DNA of 64,000 bases from Heterodontus francisci (taxonomy: Eukaryota), in contig NC_090396.1 in assembly GCF_036365525.1 (NCBI RefSeq), positions 53,987,297-54,051,296 on the forward strand, read 5' to 3'. A program made the translations under genes and the position numbers. The notes under the pieces are model-generated. The model saw nothing but the letters and a program-made list of their open reading frames with translations. It was not told the origin of the DNA and searched no databases. This document shows, one piece after another, positions 37,625-49,875 of the stretch (position 1 is its first letter; each line of letters opens with the position of its first letter).

Positions 37625-38658
37625 GAACATTTATATATCCAGGCATGGCTGACTACCAGCGTGAACATCCAAATGGTAAAGATGAAATATTCTAGCAAAT
37701 TGAGCTCTAGATCCTGCTAATAGTGAGTCATGCTACACAGCTGCATAATTCAAAGCAAACCTGGCTAAATTTGCATTTGGGTGCAATATGGAAATAATGT
37801 CACTATGGAACTGAAGTGATACAATAGTCCTGTGTAATATAACATTACAAGCAGCAGAATTAAATCAGTTACCAACACTGAGAAATAATAAATTTTGTAC
37901 TGTGATGTCCTGACATCATGTTCTCATTTGAGTTACTCATTGTGAGTTGTTTTGATGCTGGAAACTGTGTATTCCTAATGATATAGCCCTAGAAATTAAT
38001 GTTACAATAACAACAGGTGAACACCTAATGTGTCTGTGTGATCTTCTGTCTGCTCTTTTTAGCAGAGGCATTTAAAATAAATTGGTTAACACCTGCTTTA
38101 AGATAGCAGCCAAAGGAACAACGTACGAAGACTTGAAGGTTTGTCTGCTAATATCACCAGCAGTAACATGTACCACTCAGTTATATTTTTAAACGTGCAT
38201 TCTGAGGAACATTGCTAGCTTGATCATTTCAGACACAGAATCCACCATCTCCCTTAAAAGTGAAAAAAAATTTTTTTCCAAAATTACTCATCACTTCTTT
38301 TTTTATGAACTGCTGCAATTAATCATCCCTTTTTGTTGGCCAGTTGTGGCCTGTGCTTACTCATAAGGAGAAAATGGTTTGTGCGTTGTCATATGGAGGA
38401 AGTTGATTCAATATCAGACAATGCAGCAGCAGCAGCAGAAAGCTAGTAGCAATTGTGTGATCAGAAGCTGGGTCGGAGCTTGTGTACACAGATGGTAGTT
38501 GGAATATGAGGTGAAACCTTCTCTCAAACGAACACACCCAATGTAAAGTTTAGGGGAGGTGTTTTACTGCTAGAAACATTCACCTTTGGATGAAGAGTTT
38601 TAAAATTGTCGTTCTGTCTGCTTTAATGGACTTAATGGTTCAAAACTGTTCCTGAAAC

Positions 38659-39716
38659 TACTTTATACCAATGAATATCTTGTTGCATTGTTGAAGTTTA
38701 AGTTGACACACTATTTTGTCATGACAGAAGCTTTACACCATGGAGCACACAAAATCATAAAAAGCAGGAGCTGTTCCTGATTCCCAACAATACTCCCATC
38801 CTTCAAGTGGAGAGCCGAGGTGTAATTCCAGATTGGGAATGGCATGAATAAAGCAACTTTATTTTCAACAAATCTTCTTGAAAAAAATCACACCTGAAGG
38901 GTACAGAGCAGAGGAATGCTGATATATTTAACACAGTCACCGTTCTCCAAACAGACCACATGATAATAAACAAAAGCAAAATACCACGGATGGTGGTAAT
39001 CTGAAACAAAAACAGAAAATGCTGGAAATCCTCAGTAGGTCAGGCAGCATCTGTGGAGAGAAAAACAAATGGTGTTTAAGCTCTGAGATCTTTCATCAGA
39101 ACTGATGAGAGTTCTGATGAAAGGTCACACCTGCAACGTTGACTGTTTTCTCTGCACATGATCTTAAATTTGGAGCATGAAATTTTACTACTTTTTTGTA
39201 TAGAATGGTCTATCAAAGGAGGCAGGAAGGGCTATTTATATTGTAAATTCAAGAGAATTGGATTATTGTCTGGAGGAGAATTTGGTAGAGATGTGGGGTA
39301 TGATGCTTCTTTAAAATTGAGACAGGTGAAATAGATCACGGTTGTCTTTTCTGTTCCTACATATTCCCTAATCTGTTGTTTGTTTTTTCTTCAGTTGATG
39401 ATGCAGTCCAATCAAAGGTTCTTTGCTGTTGGTGAGGGAGGTTTGCAGCCTGACTTGCAGCTGGAAATTTACAAGCACCTGACATTTTACAAACCGTCCC
39501 ACCAACTGCAATTCAACTCCTAATGACCTGACCCTGGTGCATTTTCACAACCATGAGATTTTGTGACGCTAAAAGGCCATCTTGAACAAATCTCCACTTT
39601 TAGCAGCAGAATAATACATTTGTGTGCTCCATGGTGTAATGCCTCTGTCATTACAAAATAGTGTAACATCAACTTAAACTTCAGCAATGCAACAAGATAT
39701 TCATTGGTATAAAGTA
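38659..39716. repeat. Fold-back structure with ~95-bp inverted repeats (candidate MITE)
   Basis: 38659-38753 is the reverse complement of 39619-39716 with few mismatches and one small indel; both outer ends are TA. Confidence 0.8.
38972..39160. mobile_element. Penelope-like palindromic repeat (copy 2) with a degenerate hammerhead core
   Basis: AAAACAGAAAATGCTGGAAATCCTCAGTAGGTCAGGCAGCATCTGTGGAGAG; perfect 14-bp inverted repeat 39090-39103 / 39110-39123; CTGATGA at 39114. Confidence 0.7.
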
Positions 39717-40382
39717 AATCTGATTGCAATGCAGAATGTCTAAGCACCAGTTTATGCTTAACTCGGGCTTCAAAGAACTTTTTGGTTTGCAGTCTTTTCC
39801 ACGAATGTGTTTTTAAACTCTGGGGGCCATGTGCCCGAAAGCTAGGAGAGCTAAATTTTTCTTTAAAAATTACAATGTAAAGTGTCAGTTGTGGACAAAT
39901 TGCAATGCACTTAATGTTCCATCTATTTAACTTTTCCTTGGGGGAAATTGTTGAACAGCTGCTGTTATAAACACAGAAAAAGTAAGGCTGAGGGGGAGAA
40001 TTTTAACTGTCTTTTCTGTCATATAGGGAAATTGGATGTCTAAAAGAATTCTGATTAGCTTATGGCACAATCCAAGTTATTGGCTATCTGTAATTTATCC
40101 AGGCAGTCAATCGCACGGTGGAATGTCTACCTAAGTTGTTTGTGGACTATAGAACTCATTTAGTTAGGTTCTACGTAAAATAAAAGCTCGTGGAATTGGA
40201 GGTAGCCTTGTGCTCTGAGTTGGCAAGTAGGAAATGGAGAGTAGGAATAAAGGGAACATTCTCTGATTGGCAGGATGTGACAAGTAGTATTCCCTGCAGA
40301 CTAGTACTGGCGCCTCAACTTTCAATTATATATTAATGACTTGGGTTTCAGGCAGCACTGTAAGTTGTGCATGTGGGAGCCC

Positions 40383-40923
40383 TGTAAGAGAATTTGAATC
40401 TGACACCAAATATGGCACTAAATTGTTTTCAGCAAAGTCTTTACACATTCAGTGTCTAAGCAGTAGTCATGACAGAGGTAAATAAAATTACCCTGCTTTC
40501 CCTCTGCATAGAATTGTAAGCTTCATCGATCCAATTGTTCTTGTCTCTCTACAAATTATGAATGAAAGCTCAAGATCTTTATAGGCATCTAGTCACACCC
40601 TGTTGTTGATGATTCATTGTGGCATGATAGTCGTTCAATGTGGAAAAAGTCCTCCAGAAATGAGAGTTCCTCACAAACTCCAGATGGTTGGTCTTGTTTA
40701 CCATTAGCCATGTAACTAGTCATCTTGGGCCATTGTCTTGGTTCCTATGTCAAGGTTATCATTCACAATGCATTGACAAAATTTAGTCAACTGGCATGAA
40801 TTAGCACATTCTGTACCTCAGCAGAAAATGAACAGTACAGTCAAATAAATTGTGTACTGGCAGATTAAGCCCTAAAACACCCTGGGAATGAACAACTTAA
40901 CCATTTCATTATTTTCAGCTACA
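40383..40923. repeat. Unclassified interspersed repeat (copy 2), bounded by TG...CA
   Basis: Homologous to 25721-26463; begins TGTAAG and ends GCTACA; no TSD seen. Confidence 0.65.
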
Positions 40924-41015
40924 ATAAAAATTTGAGTTATTTATCTTGCAGAAGGAAGTTATAAAGGGCTCAAAGTGGTGAGTGTAAGGTCATCCACTTC
41001 AGAACTGTGACACAG

Positions 41016-41950
41016 TGTGACAGAAACCACACCTGCCAAATGGAAACACATTAATTTCGTCATATGGGATACTGCTTGCATCTTTTACTGGATGCCACAA
41101 ATTACTTTTTTAAAAGAAAAAAGCAGAACTGAACATGTAAAAGGATGGTCACACATTTGCATTCTGAGAAGACTAGGGGCAATCAAAAGACATTGACATC
41201 CCTTCCCTTTGAATTTGTAAGAACCAAACTCCACCCCCCACCGAGTATGTCTGAAAGACACTGAATTCCAACACCCCTCCAGGAGCTCTGGTTTCAAACA
41301 GATGTCACTTGACCTACCTGTTGGTGTAAACCCGAGGCTTTTGAACAAAAGAATGCAACTGAACTGGCAGAGAAAACGTCTCTGTCTCTCTTTCCAGCAA
41401 AGCCCCAGGGAAACTACGGTGGCAGCATTTAAACTTCAAGACTGCAGAACTTTACAGACAACCACTAAAAAGACAGCTCAAACCTGCCTTCAGCCTTCTG
41501 GTACCAGAGAAGCAAGCCTGAAATTGTGCATGTAGCCCCAGCAAGGACGCCCAGTCTTTAACTTCAATCAAGGAGATTACATCAAGAACACCAAGGACAG
41601 TATCTTTATTCCATTTATTGCCAACTCTACTTCAACCTCCCAATTCTTTCTTCCTCTCTGTATCTATTTATGTGTGCCTTTTGTGTGCATGTGAGCATAG
41701 CTTTGTCGCATATTTTTCGTGATTTTAACTGGGTTAGAATGATTAGGTTAATAAACTTACTACTTTCTTGTTTAAACTCAAGAAAACCTGTCTGTCTGGT
41801 TCATGTACAATTGTAATTAGTGCAGCGAGCAAGGGCTCACTGAGGTGGTAAGCTAAAGTCACTGTGTTTAACAAGATAGACTCTGTTACGGCCACACCAG
41901 GGAAGGGGTGAGAGGCGAGCCTGAGACCCCTTCCTCACCTGGTCGTAACA
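41016..41950 (+). mobile_element. Solo LTR (Gypsy-like), 935 bp, 4-bp TSD ACAG
   Basis: Starts TGTGAC and ends GTAACA (imperfect terminal inverted repeat); ACAG at 41012-41015 and 41951-41954; internal AATAAA at ~41750; CR1 sequence resumes on both sides. Confidence 0.85.
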
Positions 41951-42318
41951 ACAGTTTACAATATTTTGTGCTTGGCGAGGGACTGGTAGCTGTGGTGGAG
42001 TAAATGGGTTTGGATGTCCATGTGCACAGATACAAAAAGTGATCGAAATGGCTAATGGAAAAGGCCATTGAAATTCAAAAGTGAGGAATTCATGCTTCAG
42101 TTGTGCAGAGCCTTAGATATTATTTGGCGTACTGCTTACTGCTTTGGCACCGCAAAAAAAAAAAAGTGCCTTGAAGGGAGCAGAGTAGTCTGACATTGGG
42201 GATTAAAGGGATAAATTATGAAAAGTTGAATTTAAACTTGGTTTGTATTCTTTTTGAGTTTAGACGATTTATAGATCTAATTGGAGCCTATTAGAATGAT
42301 AGGGTAGACCGTGAACTA

Positions 42319-45192
42319 GAGAGCTGGGAGAGCGATTGAAAAGCAGGACCTCAGAGGTGGTAATCTCCTTATTACTACATGCTAGTGAGTATAGAAATGG
42401 GAAGATAGAGCTGATGAATATGTGGCTGAAGAGATGATGCAGGAGAGAGGGCTTTAGATTCCTAATGCAATGGGACTGCTTCCGGAGAAAATGGGACCGG
42501 TACAAGCCAGATGGGTTGCACCTCAACAGGACTGGGGCCAATATCCTCGCAGGGTATTTTGCTGGTGCTGTTGCAAAGGATTTAAACTGGCTGACTGGGA
42601 TGAGAACCTGAAAGCAAATTCAGAAGAGAGAGAAGAAAAGTTGGAAATGGAAGGCAGAAAATTAGTAAGTGTGTTTGGAAGGCAAAAGAAACAAAGGCTC
42701 AAATAGACGACAAGGGAGTTTGGCAGTTCTAAGTGTTAGATACTTCATTGCAAGAAGTCTAGGGCATAAGGCAGATGAGCTGAGAGCACAGATTGACACG
42801 GAGTATGATAATATAGCTGTTACTGACTGAAAGAAGGGCAGGAATGGCAGGTCAACATCCTGGGTACATGATTTTCAGATGCGCTGGAGAGGAGGATATA
42901 AAAGGGTAGGGAAGTCACGATATTGATTAAAGAAACAATTATAGCTCTGAAGAGGGATGATACGGTAGCAGGATTATCAAATGAGGCCATATGGGTTGAA
43001 CTGAACAAAAAAAGGGGCAATCACACTACTGGGAGTGTACTATAGACCCCAAACAGAGGGAGATAGAAGAAGGGAAATCTCCTTAAGTACAAAAACAATA
43101 GGGCAGTAATAGTGGGGGATTTCAACTACCCTAATATTAACTGGGATAGAATTATTGTGAAAGGCACAGAGGGAGCAGAATTCTTAAAATGCATTCTGGA
43201 GAACTTTACTTTTTAGCCAGTACGCAGCAAGCCCAACAAGCGAAGGGATGATTCTGGATTGAGTTTTAGGGAATGGAGTTGGGCAGGAGGAAGAGGTATC
43301 AGTTGGATGTCAAGGGGCTTAAACTAGAGGATAAAGGAAGTTTATGACAGATACCAAGGGCTCAATACTGCAGGAAAGCTGGAGGAGTATGAAGAGTGTA
43401 GGGGTGAAATTAAAACGGAAATTAGGAAAGCAAAGAGAGGGCATAAGAACTATTGGCAAGTAAAATCAAGAAAAACTTTTTTTAAAATAAATACATAAAC
43501 AGGAAGAGGATAACTAAAGAAAGAGTAGGTCCTATTAGGGGCCATAAGGGTAACCTGTGTGTGGAGGTGGAGGACGTTGGTATGGTTCTTAATGAATACT
43601 TTGCGTCTGTTGCCTCAAAAGAGAGGAATGATGATCATTGCAATCAGGGAGGAGTGTGAAATATTAGATGAAATAACATAATGAGAGGAAGTGTTAAGGG
43701 ACTTAACATCTTTGAGAGTGGATAGGTCCCCAGGTCTGGATGAAATGTATCCTTGGCTGCTAAGGGAAGCAAGTGAAGAAATAGAGGCTTTGATCATTTT
43801 TCTAATCCTTACTGGCTCTGGTGCCAGAGGACTGGAGGACAGCTAATGTTGTACCATTGTTCAAAGAGGGGGAAAGGGATAGACAGAGTACTTAGACCAG
43901 TCAACCTAACCTCGGCCGTGGGAAAATTATTGAAAAAAATTCCTGAGGAACAGGATAAATCTTCATTTAGAAAGACACTGATTAATCAAAGACAGTCAGC
44001 ACAGATTTGTTAAGGGAAGGTAGTGTCTGACTAATGTTGAATTATTTGAAGAGGTAACAAGGTGGGTCAGTGAGGGTAGTGCATTTGATGTAGTCTGTTT
44101 GGATTTTTAGCAAGGCTTTCGATAAGGTCCCATATGGCAGACTGGTCAAAAACTAAAAGCCCATGGGATCAAAGCAAAGTGACAAGTTGGATCCAAAATT
44201 GGCTGAGATGCAGGATGCAAATGGTAATGGGTGTTTTTGTGACTGGAAGGCTGTTTCCAGTGGGGTTCCCAGGGCTCAGTGCTGGATCCTATGCTTTTTG
44301 TGGTATGGATCAATGATTTCAATTTGAATGTAGGGGGTATGATCAAGAAGTTTGGAGATGATACAAAAATTGGCCATGTGGTTGATAATGAAAGCTGTCG
44401 ACTTCAGGAAGATATCAATGAACTAGTCAGGTGGGTGGAATAGTGGCAAATGGAGTTCAATCCAGAGAAGTGTGAGGTAATGCATTTGGGGAAGGCTAAC
44501 CAGCAAGAGAATACACAATAAATGGTAGGATACTGAGAAGCGTAGAGGAACAGAAGGACATTGGAGTGCATGTCCACTGATCCCTGAAGGTGGCTGGACA
44601 GGTAAAGAAAATGGTCAGGAAGGCATACAGGATACTTGCCTTTATTAGCTGAGGCAGAGAATAATGAGGGCAGGAAGGTAATGCTGGAACTGTATAAAAC
44701 ACTGGTTAACGTTAGGCCATAGCTGGAGTACTGCGTGCAGTTCTGGTTACTGAACTATAGGAAATATGTGATTGTACTAGAGAGGATACAGAGGAAATTT
44801 ACGAGGATGTCGCCTGGACGAGAGAATTTGAGGAAAGATTGGATGGGCTAGGGTTGTCGCCTTTGGAACACAGGCTGAGGGGAGGCCTAATTTGAGGGGT
44901 CTTGATACTGTGGAGAGGAAGGCCCTATTCCCTTTGGTTGAAGGGTCCATAACCAGGGGGCATAGATTTAGGATAAGAGGTTTTGTGGGAAAATCTTTTC
45001 ACCCAGATGATGGTGTGGGTCTGGAACACAATGCCTGAAAGGGGTGGTGGAGGCATAAGCCCTCAGCATTTTAAAAAGTACTTGGATATGCACTTGAAGG
45101 ACTGTAACATACAAGAGCCAGACAGTGGGATTAGGCTGGATGGCTACTTGTCGGACCAAATGGCCTTCCACGCTTTAAATTTCTATGATTCT
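42319..45192 (+). mobile_element. Long decayed CR1: end of ORF1 (esterase/SGNH-like) plus APE and RT of ORF2, with an internal deletion near 43305
   Basis: YKPDGLHLNRTGANIL, ARSLGHKADELRA, IVGDFNYPNINW, KFGDDTK and LEYCVQFW read in broken frames. Confidence 0.92.
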
Positions 45193-46504
45193 GTTCTCTC
45201 GGCTGTGGGTGCTAAATTTTCAAAACGAGATTGATAGATTTTTGTTAGGTATGTGTATCAAGGGGTAAATGTAGCAAAAGTGAAGAACTAGAGATATAGA
45301 TTAACCATGATCTAACTGAATGGCAGAATAGCCTCAAGGGGCTGAATATCTGTTGCTATGTTGATCAGGAGCTGTATGGTGTCCCAAGAGCTGTTGTGGA
45401 ATGCTTGCAGTACACCTCTGTATCCTACATTCCTGGAACAACTCTGAACAGGAATGAAGTTCTGAAATGATTGGGTGGGGGGTGCAGGGGGTTCCAAGAA
45501 GTTTAAAATTTACTAAAATGTGGGTATCTATGAATAAATAGGAAATGCTTTGGTTATTTTTTTCCTGTCCATTGGAGAGGTACTTTGTAGAATATACGGT
45601 TCAAGGCCTTTCTTTTATCAAGTTTAGAAACTGGCCTAAATTTCAGCCCAGTGTGATGAAGTGAAAGCCACCTCTGATGCCTGTAAATTTGCCCAACCTC
45701 AATCCAGTTGCTAATTGGTTGGGGAAAAAACTGCCTCGAATTTGGTTTTAATTGCCCTAAATTTATGATTTCATTGAGAGGCTGAATGATGTGGGAAATG
45801 GGAACATGACATAGAGGTGGCAGCGGGGATGGGAGATTCAGGCGGCAGGAGCAATTTCTGAAGAACAATAGAGGAAGTTTTACTATAACTGACCTGTGAT
45901 TGCATTATCAAATTGTGTGTCTGGACTGGAAGCTCCCATTTCCCAGTACTAATTTTTTTTTGTGTTGATTAGCACCGTAGGTCACAAAAATCTAATTTTA
46001 AAAATAAGGATCTCTATAATAGTAGTGATCTCTGGAGTAAAGTGTGAGTACATATGGGACCAGCTTTCTAAAGGGGAATGATAATGTTTCAACAGAGTAG
46101 GAACAAAGGTTTCTCTTCACTAAAATTACTCTGAGCAGACATTCACCGTTCCTCAATTGCTGTAACCAATTCAAAAATTACTCAACATTTCCCTATAAAT
46201 GTGCAAAATTTGAGAAGCAGAGTAAACAATGAGAAACCTGTTTGGTAAATTGACGTACGACACTTGGGGGAAAATCCTAAACCCTATTTTTAGATTAATT
46301 TCCTGGAGGTGTTCCAGTATAATTTGCTTCATGTACCAGACGGACTCATTTTTGGAGCCGTCCTGTTTACACTGAATTACAGTAGGGAATATCAGAACCT
46401 TTCCACAGTTTGATTTTGTGCTTCACTTGTGTATCTGCCCCTAGAAAAAAAGTGCACGCACACACTTAAATCACAGCAAAACTCATGTTCTTAGACATTT
46501 TGAA

Positions 46505-46710
46505 TAAATAAGAAATAGGTGCAGGAGTAGGTTGTATATCCTCTCATGCTTGCTTCACCATTCAATAAGATTATGGCTGACCTACATCAGCTCCATTTTT
46601 TTTTTTTTTGTCACCCTATCCCCATATCCCTTGATTCCCTTAGTGACCAAAAATGTATTGACCTCAGTCTGAAGTATACTCTGAAGTAGAGAATAACTCC
46701 AAAGATTACA
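46505..46710 (-). mobile_element. CR1 3' tail fragment
   Basis: ATAAGAAATAGGTGCAGGAGTAGG...CCCCATATCCCTTGATTCCC. Confidence 0.8.
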
Positions 46711-47511
46711 TTGAGTGTTCCCTGTTTCTGATTATTTTTTTGGCTTAGCTAATGAAAGCCTTCATTGAATGATTGTATGGAGCTTTACTCAGAAAATTTT
46801 AGTGGCAGTATGTTTTCATATGTGGACAAATGCAATAGAACCTACTGCGGAACTGTGATCACATTCTACCCAATTTGTCAAAACTATCTCCATTTACTTT
46901 GACATAATTTATCATCCATAAAATATAGATTTCATCACTGGTTACTAAATTTTAAGTTCCTGATCTCCTTTCCTGCGAAGGGGTGTTGTTTCGGGGGCCA
47001 TACTAGTCGGGGAAAAAAGCCCACGTGGTGGCAAAAAAACGTGCATCATGATGCACTACATGTTGCTGTCCGTAGAGGGTCTCAGTGAGCTATGCAAATC
47101 TGGCTGTTTAATGGTCCATGTGGTCTTTCATATTGATGCTACCTGTAAGCTTCTCTTCTTTGCTGCAGATCAGAGAGCTATCCAATGCTCTTTGTTACTG
47201 AGGTCTTAATGGCTACCTGCCATGTCATTTAATAGTTCCATTCATCGAAATTTAAAAGCAAAGCAAGTCTCTGCCGTGCCACTGTGTCAAGATTTCTCCA
47301 CGCAATGATTTGATTAAAACATTCACGTTGCTGAACCCTTGCACATTTTGTTAGACTTCCCTACAATATATAACAAACTACAGTAAAATTTGATTAGAAA
47401 GTTAGTAGAAACTGTAATACATGAAGTCAAATTTTATTTTCTGAAGACCGAGAAAGTCAAACCCTGGCTTGAGCCTTTTTCTCCATAGAGTTAATGGCTG
47501 TATATATCTCT

Positions 47512-49312
47512 AGCCCACTCTCTGCCAGTCATGGATGAGCTGGACGTACAGCCAACAAAATCGGAACTCCGTGATGTCATTGATTCTGTAGCCAGTGGAA
47601 AAGCCCCTGGGAAGGATGGCATTACCCCTGAACTAATCAAGAGTGCCAAGCCTGCTATACTTTCAGCACTGTACAAGCTGCTTTGCCTGTGCTGGGAAGA
47701 GGGAGCAGTACCACAGGACATGCACGATGCCAATATCATCGCCCTCTGTAAGAACAAGGGTGACCGCGGTGACTGCAACAACTACCGTGGAATCTCCCTG
47801 CTCAGCATAGTGGGGGAAGTCTTCGCTCAAGTCGCTTTAAACAGGCTCCAGAAGCTGGCTGTGTGAGTCTACCCTGAGACACAGTGTGGCTTATGAGCAG
47901 AGAGATCCACCATTGACATGCTATTCTCCCTTCGCCAGCTACAGGAGAAATGCCGTGAACAACAGATGCCCCTCCACGTTGCTTTCATTGATCTCACCAA
48001 AGCCATCGACCTCGTCAGCAGATGTGGTCTCTTCAGACTACTAGAAAAGATCGGATGTCCGCCAAAGCTACTGAGTATCATCACCTCATTCCATGACAAT
48101 ATGAAACGCGCAATTCAGCATAGCGGCACCTCATCAGACCCCTGTCCTATCCTGAGTGGCGTGAAACAGGGCTGTGTTCTCGCACCTACACTGTTTAGGA
48201 TCATCTCCCTGCTGCTGTCACATGCGTTCAAGTCTTCAGAAGATATTTTCCGCCACACAAGATCAGATGGCAGGTTGCTCAACCTTGCCTGTCTTGGAAC
48301 GAAGACCAAAGTAGGGAAAGTCCTCATCAGGGAACTCCTCTTTGATGATGCTGCTTTAACATCTCACACAGAAGAGTGTCTGCAGAGACTCATCAACAGG
48401 ATTGCGGCTGCCTGCAACGAATTTGGCCTCAAGAAAACTAACATCATGGGACAGGACGTCAGAAATGTTCCATCCATCAGTATCGGCTACCATGCTCTGG
48501 AAGTGGTTCAAGAGTTCACCTACCTAGGTTCAACTATCACCAGTAACCTGTCGATCGATGCAGAAATCAGCAAGCGCATGGGAAAGGCTTCCACTGCTAT
48601 GTCCAGACTGGCCAAGAGAGTGTGGGGAAAATGGCACACTGACACGGAACACAAAAGTCTTAGTGTATCAAGCCTGTGTCCTCAGTACCTTGCTCTACGG
48701 CAACGAGGCCTGGACAACGTATGTCAGCCAAGAGTGACGTCTCAATTCATTCCATCTTCGCTGCCTCTGGAGAATCCTTGGCATCAGGTGGCAGGAACGT
48801 ATCTCCAGCACAGAAGTCCTTGAGGTGGCCAACATCCCCAGCATATACACCCATCTCAGCGGCACTTGGGATGCCTTGGCCATGTGAGCCGCATGGAAGA
48901 TGGCAGGATCCCCAAGGACACATTGTACAGTGAGCTCGTCATTGGTATCAGACCCACCGGCCGTCCATGTCTCCGCTTTAAAGATGTCTGCAAATGCGAC
49001 ATGAAGTCCTGTGACATTGGTCACAAGTCGTGGGAGTCAATTGCCAGTGATCGCCAGAGCTGGCGGGCTGCCATAAAGGCAGGGCTAAAGTGTGGTGAGT
49101 CGAAGAGACTTCGCAGGTAGGAAAAAAGACAGAAGCGCAAGGAGAGAGCCAACTGTGTAACAGCCCCGACAACCAATTTTATCTGCAGCACCTGTGGAAG
49201 AGCCTGTCACTCTAGTATTGGCCTTTATAGCCACTCCAGGCGCTGCTTCACAAACCACTGACCACCTCCAGGCGCTTACCTATTGTCTGTCGAGACAAGG
49301 AGGCCAAAGAAG
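47512..49312 (+). mobile_element. RTE-clade LINE, 5'-truncated, 8-bp TSD ATATCTCT
   Basis: GKAPGKDGI, NYRGISLLS, AFIDLTKA, GVKQGCVLAP and C-terminal CSTCGR..HSSIGLYSH; GAA tail; TSD at 47504-47511 and 49313-49320. Confidence 0.95.
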
Positions 49313-49875
49313 ATATCTCTGCAGAGAATAAAATTAAATAGTTTCATGAGGAAAAATAGGAAGTGCTTTTCCAGGTGCACTAATCTTTATAAATATAAAA
49401 GGGGAAGTGATAAGTATTTGGTTTGAAAATATAAATTTAATTTTTTATGGATGTCTTGATTAATTCTACATCTGCCGAAAAGCATCACGTCCAAAGATGC
49501 TTTCGTATAACAGCAAGCTCAAATTAGTTGGACTGTTCCATTACTTACTGGGGTCTTGCTCTAACAGCTAAACATTAGCTGTGATTTCTACCACAATGCT
49601 ATTTATATTCTCGAGGAGGCTGGTAAAAGGTTAATGAAATGGAAACTGATGTATTTTATTTTAGTTTTCTATTTAATGGCTTATGACATGCAGGGTTGGT
49701 TGCACTGAGCTTTAATTTTTAATGCTTTTTCTGCCTTCGGAAAATAAAATTTGCTGTTCCTCCTTTTGTCAAATAATTCTGCTATTGAGATGTAAAATCT
49801 GTTTGATACTGATATATGCGTAAAACGCAATGTCATTTTGTATAAACTTCAAATTTTATTTTGCTTTTATAATGT

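Larger units (their letters stand above)
40150..45355 (+). mobile_element. Old CR1 broken into pieces (about 40150-40345, 40925-41015, 41955-42315, 45195-45355) by later insertions
   Basis: Collinear degenerate motifs: IYINDL, CKVIHF, LDVHVH, then FKTRLIDF and the tail GGGGCTGAAT. Confidence 0.65.

Noticed and set aside
37723-37733. ARE at GTGAGTCATGC
   Set aside because: The GC is offset by one base from ARE spacing, so it is only an isolated AP-1 heptamer. The site at ~53323 is likewise AP-1 only.
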